From: Squalus acanthias
Taxonomy: Eukaryota
NCBI GenBank assembly: GCA_030390025.1
Contig: CM059444.1
Coordinates: 35,340,001 to 35,404,000, forward strand
DNA length: 64,000 nt
Reading direction: 5' to 3'
Below, one piece after another: positions 50,348 through 64,000 of this stretch. The first letter of the stretch is position 1. Every line of letters starts with the position of its first letter. Both the position numbers and the translations under genes were made by a program. The notes beneath the pieces were generated by a model. It had not been told where the DNA came from. It searched no databases and saw nothing but the letters and a program-made list of their open reading frames with translations.

Positions 50348-51235
50348 TGTAATACCTCACATTTATCTGTGTTGATCATTTGCCAATTATATGCCCATTC
50401 TGCAAGTTTATTAATGTCTTACTGTAATTTGTTGCAGTCCTCCTCAGTATTAACTATTCCCCCCAATTTGGTGTCATCCGCAAATTTAGAAATTGTGTTT
50501 TTGATTCCAAAGTCTAAATCGTTAATATAAATTGTGAACAACAGTGGTCCCAGCACTGATCCTTGTGGGACCCCACATCCCACCTTCTGCCACTCTGAAT
50601 AGCTCCCCTTTACCCCTACTCTGTGATTTCTGTCTTGAAGCCAGCTAGCTATCCATTCTGCTACTTGTCCCCTGACGCTGCATTCTCTGACCTTGTTCAT
50701 CAGTCTATTATGGGGTACCTTATCGAAGGCCTTTTGGAAATCTAGATATATTACATCTACTACATTACCCTTGTCTACTCTCTCTTCAAAGAATCCAATG
50801 AGGTTAGCCAAGCAAGACTTTCCCTTTTGAAATCCATGCTGACTATTCATTACTATGTTTTTGGTTTCTAGATATTCTTCTATTTTCTCCTTTAGTAGGG
50901 ATTCCATTATTTTTCCTACCACCGATGTTAAGCTGACTGGTCTAGAATTCCCTGGACATATTCTATCCCCCTTCTTAAATATAGGTATTATGTTAGCTAT
51001 CCGCCAGTCCTCTGGCATTACACCTTTTTCTAACGAATTATTAAATATGCGAAGTAATGCCTCTGCTACCTCTTCCCTAGATTCTTTTAAAATATGTGGA
51101 TGCAATCCATCCGGACCAGGGGTTTTATCCTCTTTTGAGTTTGATTAGTTTATTTAATATATCCCCTTTTTTTTTTTAAATGCACTTACCTCATTACTAA
51201 TCTCATCATCCAATGTCATGTCCACCTGTTCTATC
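50348..51235 (-). mobile_element. Outer CR1 LINE, 5' part (RT domain)
   Basis: ORF 50419-51105: [33 protein letters not shown]. Confidence 0.9.
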
Positions 51236-51691
51236 TCTTTACTGTTACTGTTCTATTTACCTGTACTGCCCAAATGCACCAAATGGTGCCATCTGACAAT
51301 AGTCATGTTACTGCAGCGAATTTACGAGTGCTCAAGATCTCAGAGGAACCCCAAAACACCTAGTCTACATGGTCCATATAACCTGGCATCATACTCCTTA
51401 ACTATCCAACAGCACAAGTCCATCAGTCTAAAGGAACAAACTTCTTATTCTGGAAAATACAATTTCATCATTCACTATAACACAGGATTCTGGGTATGGT
51501 TTCATTTCTAGCCATTATACTGCACTACCAATCTCTCTCTTTTGACAGAGGATCCTCACTGAGGTTAGTGCAGCCAATATGGGTTGAGAATGACCTGCTA
51601 TTTTTGCACTTAATTGAAGCCAATATTGTCATTAGCCCCATTTGAAAATTATCCTAGGAGAAGAGGTTTAATTGAAGAATTCTTCAGGTGT

Positions 51692-51823
51692 ACAAAAGCA
51701 AAATACTGCAGATGCTGGAAATCTGAAATAAAAACAGAAAATGCTGGAAATACTCAGCAGGTCAGGCAGCATCTGTGGAGAGAGAAACAGAGTCAACGTT
51801 TCAGGTCGATAACCTTTCGTCAG
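51692..51823 (-). mobile_element. Penelope-like repeat fragment with hammerhead core
   Basis: Minus strand CTGACGA-A-AGGTT-ATC-GACCT-GAAA-CGTT at about 51795-51823, followed by the shared repeat body. Confidence 0.7.
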
Positions 51824-51920
51824 GTATGTTACTATTGAAAATAATTCCTGAAGAGAAATCTTTCCTGACTGAACGTGAACCGATTACCGGACATAACTTC
51901 AATGTTGAAAAACAACATAC

Positions 51921-51996
51921 CAGAATTTGCATTGTTTGAGTTGCTGCTTTTAGTTGAGTTATCCGCTTCATTCTCAGTTACAGACTGCTTTGACTT
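51921..51996 (-). CDS. PXK: PXK exon (KSKQSVTENEADNSTKSSNSNNANS)
   Basis: CAG acceptor, GTATGT donor, phases 0 and 1 fit the neighbouring exons. Confidence 0.85.
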
Positions 51997-52488
51997 CTGC
52001 TTGTAATAAAAAGATTTTTTTATTTAAAAAGAATGTGAAACATCTATGTAGAACTATACCATACTTCATCCATGCAGCCACAGACACAGCAAACTTCACC
52101 GTATCATGCAATTCTCATTAAAAGTGAACATGCAGTAAAACAGTTGAAAATATAAAATACAGATAGCTGCAAATTAATTCAAAAAGCCAAAGGACAAGTA
52201 AAATAATGTAACTAGACCTCTATTGAACCAATTTTTGTTTATTACCTTGGCTTGCTACAATAAAAGACACAGAACAGAATAGTTTTATTATTTATGAAAC
52301 AAAGCCACAACTTTATAAAGTATTAGGACTAAAATTTCACAATAAAATTAAACATTTATGTCAAAACAAAACGTTAAATATAATCTTCACTTGAGATTGG
52401 CACCCTTTCTTTGCCTTATTTGTAATTAAGGCAAAGTATAGATTCTAAAATTTCTCTCATCAAAGTGTTCAGTTCAAATGACACTAAA

Positions 52489-53107
52489 GGCCAGAAATTC
52501 GGTGCCTTTGCGCCTCCGGGGGACGCGAACGAGGCACAAATGACATTTCACCTGGGCGCAGCACCGCTAACAACTCCCGCTAAATTAAGCAGGAGTTTAG
52601 CAGCGGCGGTAACCGGTAGCACCCCGCTCCGCTGGCAATGAAGACGTCATCACCGTGCGCAGCGCCCCGTTTTCGCCCCGCCTGAAAAATTGGCCCGCGC
52701 CCCCTGAATCTGCGGCAGCTGATGACAGCGACCGATTCAGGGGGCGGGAACGGTAAGTAAAGGGGAGGTGGCGGAAAAATAAAAAAATCGACTGACTTAC
52801 TTGTCGCAGCCTGTTGCGTCTTTCAACACGGTGTCCGTGCCACGATCTGGTAGCCCGGCAGGTAGGGCCCCGTAGAGTTGTGGGCTTGGGCCCTCCCCTT
52901 TAACGAGGGGGAAGAGCCCTTCCATGCGGCAGTACTATGTGGCCCAGCACGCAGCGCTGCAGAATGCACCGCCCTGATTTTCGGGGTTAGCGTTCCAAGA
53001 AGGAAGTGGAGCGCTAATGGGGCACTAAAACTGAATTTAACGATCACCGGCGCTATTTTTCACCGGGCGCTAGCAATCCAAAATGGTCGCTAACAAATTT
53101 TTCCCCC
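52489..53107. mobile_element. GC-rich MITE-like element, possibly Harbinger-type
   Basis: GC-rich island in AT-rich intron with degenerate GG...GAAATT termini. Confidence 0.5.
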
Positions 53108-53179
53108 TAATAATTTTATTAAAACAAATATACATTTCTGTAACTAGCACACCAGTCAAAATCTCTAAGATTAATTCAC

Positions 53180-53266
53180 CTTTCGTGCCAAAATCTTCCT
53201 CCTCTTCTTCTCTTCCTCTGATCCATGGTGAGACTGTGCCCTGGTCAGTCTCTTATGCCGATGAAT
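53180..53266 (-). CDS. PXK: PXK exon (IHRHKRLTRAQSHHGSEEEKKRRKILARK)
   Basis: Strong resemblance to PXK; AG acceptor and GTGAAT donor, phase 0. Confidence 0.93.
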
Positions 53267-55928
53267 CTTTTGGAATGATGACAAATGGAAATTTTAGTTT
53301 TTAGCAGCATTAAAAAGTTAGGTAGAGTGTTCCAATTGTTATACCAGTTTGTGGCTGATCTACTGGCAGGTGCAACACATTCTATTAACACTTCCTGTCC
53401 TCAAATGAGATGGTAGGGAAGCTTTTAACACCCTCTGCCCCGCCTTAACAGGTTGAAATCAACGTGGTTGACTTACTGCCTCGTTCCAGCTCAGTTGCCA
53501 CCTTAACTTGAGCCATGTGCCCAGTTAAATCAGATGGGATCCTCATTAATCTATGCAAATCAGGGTCCGATGATGCACATAGGACCCCGATGCAGCTATC
53601 AGGGCCTACTGTATTGAGTGTGCGCCACGGATGCTGTGCTCAGTAAAACCTGGTGGCCAAGAGGAAGAGGCCCCAAAAAAGCAAGTCTAAAGTTATTTCT
53701 GTGGGGAAAGGAGAAGTACTCCTCGGGCTCCACAAGAATAATGCGGTCCTCTGCCACCCCTCCGCAATCGTTCCCCCCCACGCAGACCCACCTTCCTGCC
53801 GGCTGGGTCAGCCTTCGGGTCACCCACTATTGTGCCAAGGCAGAGCCAGCAATCTGCAGCAGGACACCCGTTTGGAAGACGCAACACACCAGCAGCATGC
53901 TAATAAGACTCAGCTCTCAAAATGCATCAGGCCTCCCACTAGAAGGATCAGGCCCACTCCGACAGCCAGCCACCCGATAGCTGACATATTCCCTGGTGTG
54001 TTTCGACAGAACAGTTCATTTTCAAAATGTGCAAAAGTATTTGTAAAACCATTTACTAGAAAAGAAATGGTATCCTAACTTTTTCTTTCCTGACTCCAAC
54101 TCTTTCCCTTACCTCTCCTTCCTGAAGGCAGTGACTCATGCTGCTATGGGTGCTAGCCAGCCATTTCTCTTGTATGAATATAGACAAAGGATGTTGGCAA
54201 GCTATTCAATTATGGTGAGGCAAACCTAATCCTGCCTCAACTCACCAACACTCACTTTCCAACAGTAACGTTTGGGACTAGGAATCCTGGCTTACTTTTC
54301 TCCTTTCTGGTCCAAGGACACAGAGACCAGTTTCAAGCATCTTTACACCTGGTTGAGCCAAACTGGTTTGTATTATGTAATCTATAAATAAGCTATTTCC
54401 TCGGGAGTAATTACAAGTGCAAAAATGGACATTTGAAGCACGTTAGCAACTTCTCAGACATGGTAAGCCTCTGAGCATTACAGCAGTATTCCTACATGGA
54501 AATGAAGATCACAAAGATATAATGGCCCGTATTTTCCGATCCCTATGGGTGTGTACGACCCGTAGGGACATCGGGGGGAGAGTTCCGTTTTCTGCAGAAC
54601 CTCCGCCCGCTGAAAACACTTAAAAAATCTTATGCCTGTTAAATGCAGGGGTAAGGCCTGCTTTTACCAGCATAACAGTTTAAAAAAGTTAAAATAATTT
54701 TTCCCCCCCACACATTTATAATTTAAAAATACTTTTTAAAAAAGTTTATTTTTATAGCTCCGTTAAAAAAACTTTAAATTAAATTTTTGTTTAAAATATT
54801 TAATTTAATGTAATTTTAACTAATTTTAAAAACGTGATGGTTTTTTAAAAATGTATTTAATGTTTTGATGTCTTTTTGGGGTGATCTCCATTCATACTTT
54901 TGACGTGAAATCAAGGCACAAGTTCCTTTATTTCAAATACCTCTGGTGTGTGATTGGAGTAGAAGATATTCCTGATTATACTAGGTGCTTTGAAGCAGCT
55001 TTTGGCTGTAAATTATAGCTATAGTATACAGGGGTTTCTGTGGTTAATTCTTCGAGTTGATCAGCTCAATTTTGTTTCCATTGGTTTAAATCTAAGTACT
55101 GAAAGACCTCTTCTAGCTTTAACATAAGCTCAAAATTTATTTTCTGCAAATTGCTAATGAATGTTATTTAAACAGCTTGGGAAGCACCCAAAGAATGTTA
55201 ATCGGTAGTAGGATATATTGTCCCGTAATTTCCGATAGGAGGCTTCCTACGTGCAGATGCCTCCTATCGGGGGGAAAAAAATTACCTGAGGGCTCCCGAG
55301 GTGCGGCCATTTCCGATGCTGGGCCTCTCCACAGTCGAAATGCGCAGGGCCCACGTATCCCAGGGGCGCATGCGGATCGCAAGCGTCCCTGGGATCACGT
55401 GGGCCAGGCGAGCCAATGGGAGAAGGGAATCTCCCTTCATACTTTTGACAGATAGACCCATTAGATATGGGTTGTAAAATCAAAGATTCACATGAGGCTG
55501 TTACAAACAGCATGATGCAAATAACAGGTTACCTATAATTCAGGAAAACTGTCTGGTGCACATTACCCTTGGCACATGGACTGACTCAGCCAGTAAGAAA
55601 ACCCTGATGTCACTTACAGTCTAAACATGCAATAAACTTTTTGCCTAGTCACATGGTACACAGGCAAAGGCCAATTACATATCACTGTCAACTTGACACC
55701 CTTTAACAAAAAAAACTGAAAACAGCAGGCCAAATGCAGATACAGCCAAAACATTGCTATACTTCTATATATTATAACATTCTGAAATATGTTCCAAGGT
55801 AGTAATGCACATTAGGTTTGAGATGACATTTGCTCTTGTAGTCCGGCATAATTTCAATTTCTAGACGTGTTACAGGCTTGTAACACTGTAGCCTGTGTTA
55901 CTATATTCAAAGGGCTTGCTTGACTCAC

Positions 55929-56006
55929 TGCTTTCTGCTCTTCATTTAGCCTTTTCTCCATGCACTCTTTTGCTGTTTTCAAAGCTTCCTTCAGCTTACT
56001 AGGTAT
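55929..56006 (-). CDS. PXK: PXK exon (IPSKLKEALKTAKECMEKRLNEEQKA)
   Basis: Resembles PXK; CAG acceptor and GTGAGT donor. Confidence 0.92.
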
Positions 56007-56259
56007 CTGCCACACCAAACAGAAAAGAAAACTTCAAACATTACACACGTGGAATGTTTCCTTTTTCAGGCTTTACATATATAAATGACATTTATTTAAA
56101 CTGCTTTCCTTGGAAACAAAAGTACCTATTTGCCTGAAAATGAAAATTAAGTTATTTATTTTGACCATAATTTTTAAAATCATTAGCAGCTGAAATTGAT
56201 TTTTTTTTTACATTCACATTTATACTTTATTTGCCTGGCATGTTTTCTAAAAGTCAAAG

Positions 56260-56652
56260 CGTAGGAACAGGAGTAGGCCATTCAGCCCCTCGAGCTTCAG
56301 TTAAATCATAGCTGATCTAATACATCAATCTCAGTCTAGAAAATTTCAATTGATCCAGCATCCACAGCTTTTTGGGGGAGCGAGTTCCAAATTTCCACTA
56401 CCATTTGTGTGGAAGAAGTGTTTCCTTATTTCACTCCTAAATGGCCCAGCTCTAACTTTAAGATTATGCCCTCTTATTCTGGATTCCCCACCAGAGGAAA
56501 TAATTTCTCTGTAACTACCCTATCAAATCCCTTTACCAGTTTAAATACCCCAATCAGATCACCGCATCAATCGTCTAAACTCAAGGGAATACAGGCTAAG
56601 TTTATGCAACCTGTCCTCATAATTTAATCCTTTCAGCACTGGTATCATTCTG
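56260..56652 (-). mobile_element. Degraded CR1 3' fragment
   Basis: Similar to 8728-9170. Confidence 0.75.
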
Positions 56653-57860
56653 GGCAGGCTGCAAAAGATGCATTGAATCTTTTCAGCTTTCTTTCTGGAT
56701 AGCATAATGTTTGTTAATCTCAATGAGCATTTCTGAATTGGTTAAGTGTTGCAGCCAGTTCTAGTCAAGTCTTTCAGGGCTAAAAGGAGGGGAACAATGC
56801 CAGTTTTATACTACTATTTTCTATGAAATTTATGCACATAGCAACCTAAATTCAGACTGCAAATTGTGGAACGTGGAGATGAGAACTGCACTGGTGGAAT
56901 GCTGTCCCCACCCACACTAATCCTGCTCTCACACTCACCCATCGTTGCAGATTGAGGTACTTTAGAGAATGAAAGGGGAATTGTAAATGTATTCATGTTT
57001 CTGACTCTGTCCAGGCATTTTCTTGGCATAAAGATTGAAATTGTACCTTTGCGATTTCAAGTTTCTATTCCTCATCTGTGAATCTGGACAGAGTACTGGC
57101 AAGCTATTCATATGTGAAAGAGCCACACCAAGACACAATGGAGACATTCAAGGTCTGAAGAGAAAAGCCCAACATCGGAGGGTAGAATTATGAGGAAAGA
57201 CTGGAGAAACTTGCACTTTTAAGCCCTGAAAGATGGTGACTAACAGTGAACATGAGAGATAAATAGTATGGAAAAGGAAAATCAAGTTAAATCATAACAG
57301 TAAAATAAGGAGCACAGGTTCAAACTTGTAAAAGGCAAATTTAGGAGGTGTCAGAAAGTCCTTCACACAAAGAATGAGCTACAGTTGGAATGGACCTCTA
57401 GGTAGGGTAGTGGAGGCAAAAGCCATCATCTAACAAACAGTTGGAGGATGTTACGGAGGGGGCTGTTGCTTTTTCTGGATATAAGAGTCAAAATTGACCT
57501 AATGACGTTCCTCATTCATATTTATCTTGTGATCACAGCCAAGCTCAATCCTGTCCTCCTCCAAAGCGCACCCTTCCACCAGAAGTCACTGGAGAGCAAC
57601 CAAGTGCAGAAACCTTGGCCGATTGTTCACCTCCTTACCCTGGGGCACTGAGACTAATTAATTAGAGTACTCCTGGCTGAAATCACTCGGCACATAATGG
57701 GGCTCAAATCTAGGACCTCCCAGTCTGTTTGGCCTAGCTACTCACTGCCTTAACTAGTTGGGCCATCTAGGGAACCACAAGTAAATTCTCTTAATTCCCT
57801 AGTCCTACATGGAATGGCTTCTTTATGCTGTGATGAAAGGACGTGCAATTTGGACACAAG

Positions 57861-59530
57861 GGCCGCGATTTTGCTGACCTCGGCGGGTTCGTGGCAGACG
57901 ACGTCGGTGGCAGGTCCCAACCCTGCTGCTGGCTCCATCCCGCTATCCGATATGAATTTCCCTGGATTTGGCTTGTTAAGCCCGCCCAGCGCGTTTCCCA
58001 GCCAATTAGAGGAAGCAGGTCTGGTGACGCCATTTGATGACGCGTCATCAGCCGGTTTCCTTAAAGGGACCATTACCAAATTTATTTTGACATTTGTGCG
58101 GTCAGTGTTCTACAGCATTGAGGTGCTGCAAACACTGATAAGCACTGCACAGAGGCACAGGGCTGCACCCAGGCTCTCCCATGACTCCCTCCATATGCTT
58201 ATGGAGGGAGTCACAGCACGCAGGGAGATCCTCTTCCCTTCACATGGGCGGTCCCCAGGAGATCAACACAGCCTGGTTGCACATTGCACAGGAGGGCACA
58301 AGCAGGGGTGTGGTCAGGAGGACCTGGGTGCAGTGCCACAAACGTTTCAATGATCTCAGTAGATCACGAAATGTTAGTACAAAGCCACACTCAACCTCAT
58401 CCTGCTGTGCCACTCATCACATCCCCATCACTCTGCCTTCCCTACCCTATTCCTGCACATCCTTACTCTCACAACTTACCTTGGACCTCCACCCCCCCCC
58501 CCCCCCCCCACCTGTCTATATTATCACTTCCCCATCTCACTAGCCACCCCTCACCCTCATCCTAATCCAATCATACCAACTAACAACACACAAGGGTAGG
58601 CACTTGGACATTGCATAAAAGACCCATGTAAAGTTTCTGTTAATGTGGTGTCAAACATGGAAACCTTTATTTTCAACACTTTGCATTCTTGGACAGATTT
58701 GTTTGCACCTTTGGAAGTGGCTTAGTGAGTTGCAGTGAATGGTGAGACTTAATGGTAACCTCCCGCAATGGTGAGGAGTGTGAAAGGAATGGCTTGGGCA
58801 TTGTAGGGATGCTTTATGGTGTTGGCGTGCTGTGGTGCCAACCTGGCGCATCATATGGCAGCCAGGGTGTACAGCGTCAAGTGAAGTAAATCTGGCTATG
58901 GTGAGGCCATCCCTGGCCTCCCGGGCAGCAATGTGGTCGGGTGCTGATGCCCTCTGTCCTGTGCAGCATCAGTTGATTGCAGAGAAGGTTGGTTTTGTTG
59001 TTGGTGCTGCTGGTGTGCCTGGTGCTGGGGCTGATCGTGGTGGGATTCTGAGGACCAAGGCGAGAGAGTATAAAGGGCACCCATGCTGATGGAATAGATG
59101 GCAGGTGAAGTAGAGATAACATAAGCAATGTCAATGGTGAGGGAGGTAACGAGGTCAGACTAGATGGAGACTTGTATAAAGGCTTGCAGCATGAATCTGT
59201 TGTGGAAATGCAGCGAGGAAGAGCTTGTGGCTGAGGGAAGATAACTCTAAGGTGGGAGCTTTTACTTGACATTTGAAGCTGTCAACACATCAGCTGATTC
59301 AATGGCCACTGACCTCCCGCCTCAGCTTCACAGACGTGGTCTTGCAACAGCATGAAACCCGTGGGCAAGCTGTCAAATTCAAAAGGTAAGTTTAAAACCA
59401 TTGTTAAGTGGCTGTAAACAAGCCACTAATCATTTAAATTAGCTCCCCTGCCGCTGCCTGTCGGGTCTGCTCAGCGCTAGCAGACCCGACATCGGGAAAG
59501 GTAAGTGCGCGCGATTTGACAGCGGGTTCC
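57861..59530 (+). mobile_element. PIF/Harbinger transposon remnant with disrupted Myb/SANT-like gene
   Basis: Left TIR GGCCGCGATTTT; translation RAAPRLSHDSLHMLMEGVTARREILF.../AWLHIAQE...RRTWVQCHKRFNDL at about 58150-58370. Confidence 0.75.
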
Positions 59531-60469
59531 CGAAAGGAGAGGTAAGGAGATTTTTTTATATGCAGTGGGTTGTTCAAACATGGAACATCTTTCAGTAACA
59601 GTGGTGGAAACAGAATTAGTGTTTAAAAGGGAAGTGGATAAATATTTGATAAAGCAAAAAATTAATGGAAACGGGGAAAGGACAGAGGAATGAGACTGTG
59701 GGTAACTCCATCAGAGAGCCAGCACAGACGTGATAGACCAAACAGATTTCTTCTGTGTTGTAGAATTCCATGATTCTATATTTCTAGTGGATGAAACCCC
59801 ACTGAATGGCCCATTTACATTTTTCTTTATAAATATAACAAAAACTGAGAATGTGTTTTCGCAAAATATGGTCAATGGCTGAGAAAAAGGCATTCGTAGT
59901 ACACAGTGGAGAGTTCCAATCACCTTTAAGTTAAATTATTTTACTAGAATGTACAGAAAATATATTAAATCTCAGTTATAGTGTGGTTCTGGTGCAATAC
60001 AGAATTATAAGCAACAAATTTACCAATACAGTAGCGATTCAAACCAAACAACAACTAGCAATTATTAAAAGCTCGGATGCCTGAAACATGCTCTTGCAAG
60101 CACTTATACAGCTGACATTTGAACTTTTTTTTTGTATACAGGACTTGATAATACTTGGGAAACTGTTCCAGCAGGTAACAGCACAAGAGTGGGAGAGAAT
60201 TCACCACACGCATCTACATACTAAATAAATTATAATCTACCTGCTTTATTTTATGGAGAGAACAAGGGAATGAAAATGCAAGTGTTGGAAGGACCATTAA
60301 TTTTAAAATAACACAGTTCACTGGTTATTTTCACAATGGCTTGGGTGAGGGAGAGTGAGAGAGATTTCTAATGCCTTTAGATTGAATCAGTCAACAGGGT
60401 TTCTACATTTACATTTTTTTTTAAACCACAGGTAACATGTCTTCCCCTATGTCCCATCATGTTAATCTT

Positions 60470-61482
60470 GTATAGAACCTTGGTTAGACCACACTTGGGA
60501 GTACTGTGCACAGTTCTGGTCTCATTATAAAATGGATTGGAAAAGCTGTAAAAAAGATTTACAAGGATGATACTAGAATTGAGAGGTTATAACTATCAGG
60601 AAAGACTGAACAGGCTGGGGCTCTTTTCTCTAGAAAAGAGAAGGCTGATAAGTGACCTGATAGAGGTCTTTAAAATTATGATGGGTTTCAATAGGGTAGA
60701 CATAGAGATGTTTCCACTTGCAGGGGAGTCAATAACTAGGGGCCATAAATATAAGATAGTCACTGATAAATCCAATAGGGAATTCAGGAGAAACTTCTTT
60801 ACCCAAAGAGTGGCAAGAATGTGGAATATCAAGGAGTAGTTGAGGCAAATAGCATAGAGGCATTTAAGGGGAAGCTAGATAAGCACGAGGGAGAAAGGAA
60901 TAGAAGGATATGCTAATAGGGTTAGATGAAGACGGGTGGGAGGAGGTTCATGTGGAGCAAAAATGCCGACACAGACCAGCTGGGCCGAATGGCCTGTTCT
61001 GTGCTAAAGACAGGGTCGCATCGGACTAACTTGATTAAAAGAAAACCCTCCTCAAAAAATTCAAACAAGGAGTGTTGATGTGGGTTGTGCGTTTGAAGTA
61101 GTCGACATGGATTTTAGCAAGGCTTTTGACAAGGTCCCACATGGCAGACTGGTCAGAAAAGTAAAAGCCCAAGGCATCCAAGGGAAAGTGGCAAGTTGGA
61201 TGCAAAATTGGCTCAGTGGCAAGAAGCAAAAGGGTAATGGTCGACGGGTGTTTTTGTGACTGGAAGGCTGTTTCCAGTGGGGTTCTGCAGGGTTCAGTAC
61301 TAGGTCCCTTGCTTTTTGTGGTATATATCAATGCTTTAGACGTCAATGTAGGTGGCATGATTAAGAAGTTTGCAGATGATACAAAAATTGGCCTTGTGGT
61401 CGATAGCGTGGCCAGCACAGACACGATGGGCTGAATGGCCTCGTTCTGTGCCGTAAATTTTTATGACTCTTCTATGATTCTA
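60470..61482 (+). mobile_element. Two adjacent degraded CR1 fragments
   Basis: YQERLNRLGLFSLEKRRL, RNFFTQRV; then QGSVLGP, FADD and a TATGACTCT-like tail. Confidence 0.85.
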
Positions 61483-61711
61483 GACTCAATGTAACTTGTC
61501 AAAATTGAATGGAAAACAATCCATCGTAGTTTCTAAGAGGAAGCATTCAGATTTGATTCAATTCAATCTCAAATTGTTGCCTTTAGCAATATAGTCACAT
61601 TGTAGCATTTTACTTAACATTAACAAACAGTTTCTTTTTCAACCTTTATACAGATTTTTTTTCTATACTCTCAAGCATACACCTCTATAGTGTTGTGTAC
61701 AATAATCTTAC

Positions 61712-61760
61712 CTTAAACTGGGGCTTCTCAGAATTAAGCAGCACAACATCAATGAATAAC
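61712..61760 (-). CDS. PXK: PXK exon (LFIDVVLLNSEKPQFK); gene continues beyond the window
   Basis: CAG acceptor and GTAAGA donor; in frame with the 56006 exon. Confidence 0.88.
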
Positions 61761-64000
61761 CTGAAAGAGGGCAATGACACACAGGTCTAAGTTATTAAAC
61801 AACTAACAAATAGATTATGAGCTTTATTAGGAGGATTTACATCAATTGTGCATTAAGTGACTGCTGTTATTCCTTAGCTCAGTAGGACCAAACAAACCCA
61901 GAGTATGCAAGCATTTAAAGAAAAATATTGCAATAGTTTCTTTTAAAATATAAATAAGTACTTATTTATAAACTACCTTGGTCACCATTGTTCATCTAAG
62001 GCATAAACAATTAGTCCCCATCCATAGGGATTTAAAGAGAATTTACTACAAAACTTTCTTGCCTTTAATCCATCAACTATGTGGAGAAGCAATTTTTCAA
62101 TATTCTACTTATAAAACAAAAAAAAAAAATCCAGTTTGAAAATAATAGCAAAAAGCTTGGGTTTCCATAGACAAGGCACATACTCCAATACTTGGGAGTT
62201 TCTATTCTCTCTCATGTCAATAGTCTGCTAAGCTGGGAAGCAGTGACCGAGATCGATCACCTGCTCAATTAGAACTGCAGACCACATCTACCACCCATAT
62301 ATACTGCCAGTGACTATGAATGTCACAATGGTCCTCAAACTCTATGCCTTGGATCCTTCCAGGTCAGCACAGGGACATCTGTTGCTTCAGTCAGTTTGCT
62401 GTGTATAAACTTAATGCAGAGATGGCGGATACCTTATTTCACAGGGACCATGATTTCATTATCTTTCCTACCAACCATAACAGTCAGAACATTTCCACAG
62501 GTCTGCTGGCTTCCCCAGAGTCCAGGGCATCAATTGCGCTTAAGAGGCCACTTGAGCCCTCTGTTAAACAAAAGAGCTTCTTCTCCATAAATATCCAACT
62601 GGCCCGCAAACAGCGGCAGAGAATCATGCAAATGCTTTTCCAGCAGTTCCCATGATACCTTCATATTGAGGCAAACCCCTGTGCACCTATTATTTGAAAC
62701 AGAAAAGCAAGAAGATTTCTGCTGGGAAAACAGGGCTATCCTTTGCAGCTGCCTCTTAAACCAACAACATACAGAACTGGATCACAGGTTCTGTTACAAG
62801 GACAGTGATACAGCATATAACTGGTATCCTTAAACAGTGTCTTGCATGCCTAGACTAATGTGGGGGTCCATACAGCACAGCGCCTCTCCCAGATCTCCAG
62901 AATAATTGAGATGAGATGTGCTTCATAATTTTGCTCTGAAATGAGACTGGACCATAAAGGAATAGACACACAATGGTCACCCCATAGCACAGAGGGAGGA
63001 TGACAGTGATGATGAGCCAGCCAATGCAGCAAGGAACAGTTGTGCAACGTGCATGAATATAAAATGTCTTTGCACCAATCCTGGGATTGCAATAACAAAA
63101 CCAACCGCAGATAGCTCTAGCCCTTAACAACATTTCTCCATTCCCACCCTGTTGTTCAGATAACATCTCATGCTATGTAAATGTCTGATCTACCTTTACT
63201 CTCCCAAAAACTTCAGCGCAAGATACAATGACAAAGTATTCTTTTATATGTGTTATGAATATGTGCCAGTATGATTTGTGATGGTGCTTTCACCTTGCAC
63301 TAATTTGCAATTCATGTGTAACCCTAACCACCTACTGCTCCTTTGTGATTTTCCTAATGGGAGGAGTAAGTATGCTCGCTGGCTGGCTGCAGGGTTTAAC
63401 TGCAAACGTGCTAGGATTCTGGTGGATGACACCTCTACTAGTTATGGGCACAGAGGGCATTCTATGTGATGCAATGTTGCCAGCTGCTGTGTCTGTGATC
63501 TCAACTGTCCAGTACCCAAAGATTAATGATCCAGAGGTGATGTTGATGGGGGAGCCAACCACCTCAACCAGGATAATGGCATGCATTACCCAGCTGGAGA
63601 GCATCCCTACAAACCGCGCACTGATCTGTCCGAGGATAGAATAGTGAGCATCTGTGAGGTCAGCGAATCCTTGCCTCAAGATTGTCTAAAGCTCTTCCTA
63701 AGCATGTTGAAGTTGTATAAAAAGATAATTTGTAGATTGGTGCGGATACCTCCAAAGCAGCAGTTTCAGCATTATGAGGGATGCTCCTACGCTGACAAAG
63801 TCCGGTAGAGCAATGTCACAAATTCCACAGCAGACTGAAGTGCAGACATTCTTTCCTCCATGGCTTCACAGAGGACAGTGGACACCTCCAGAATGCTTCT
63901 AAGACCTTATAGTGTGTTTTTGCACAGAGACATCCTCCTCAGCTAGCATTCTTCATTTATAAGCAAAGCCTCATGGAGTCTGAATGCCCAGGTGCTGTAG

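Noticed and set aside
62800-64000. Possible further PXK exon or degraded LINE
   Set aside because: No PXK-like reading frame with splice sites found, and LINE motifs were too degenerate to call

Overview
Vertebrate genomic DNA. The repeat repertoire suggests a cartilaginous fish (shark-like); this is inference. Three genes lie in the order known from mammals: KCTD6 (minus strand, 2 coding exons, 237 aa), PDHB (plus strand, 10 exons, 359 aa, head-to-head with KCTD6) and the 3' part of PXK (minus strand, 6 constitutive exons plus a candidate stop-containing cassette exon, tail-to-tail with PDHB). Introns and intergenic DNA are dominated by mobile elements: many CR1/L2 LINEs, including a triple-nested CR1 stack, a near-intact Tigger/pogo transposon in PDHB intron 7, a PIF/Harbinger family (a Myb/SANT-coding remnant plus MITEs), a hAT MITE and tRNA-type SINEs. 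The most notable signal is a set of short Penelope-like repeats that carry minimal hammerhead-ribozyme cores, have long target-site duplications, and sometimes form long hairpins. All calls were made by eye, without database searches.
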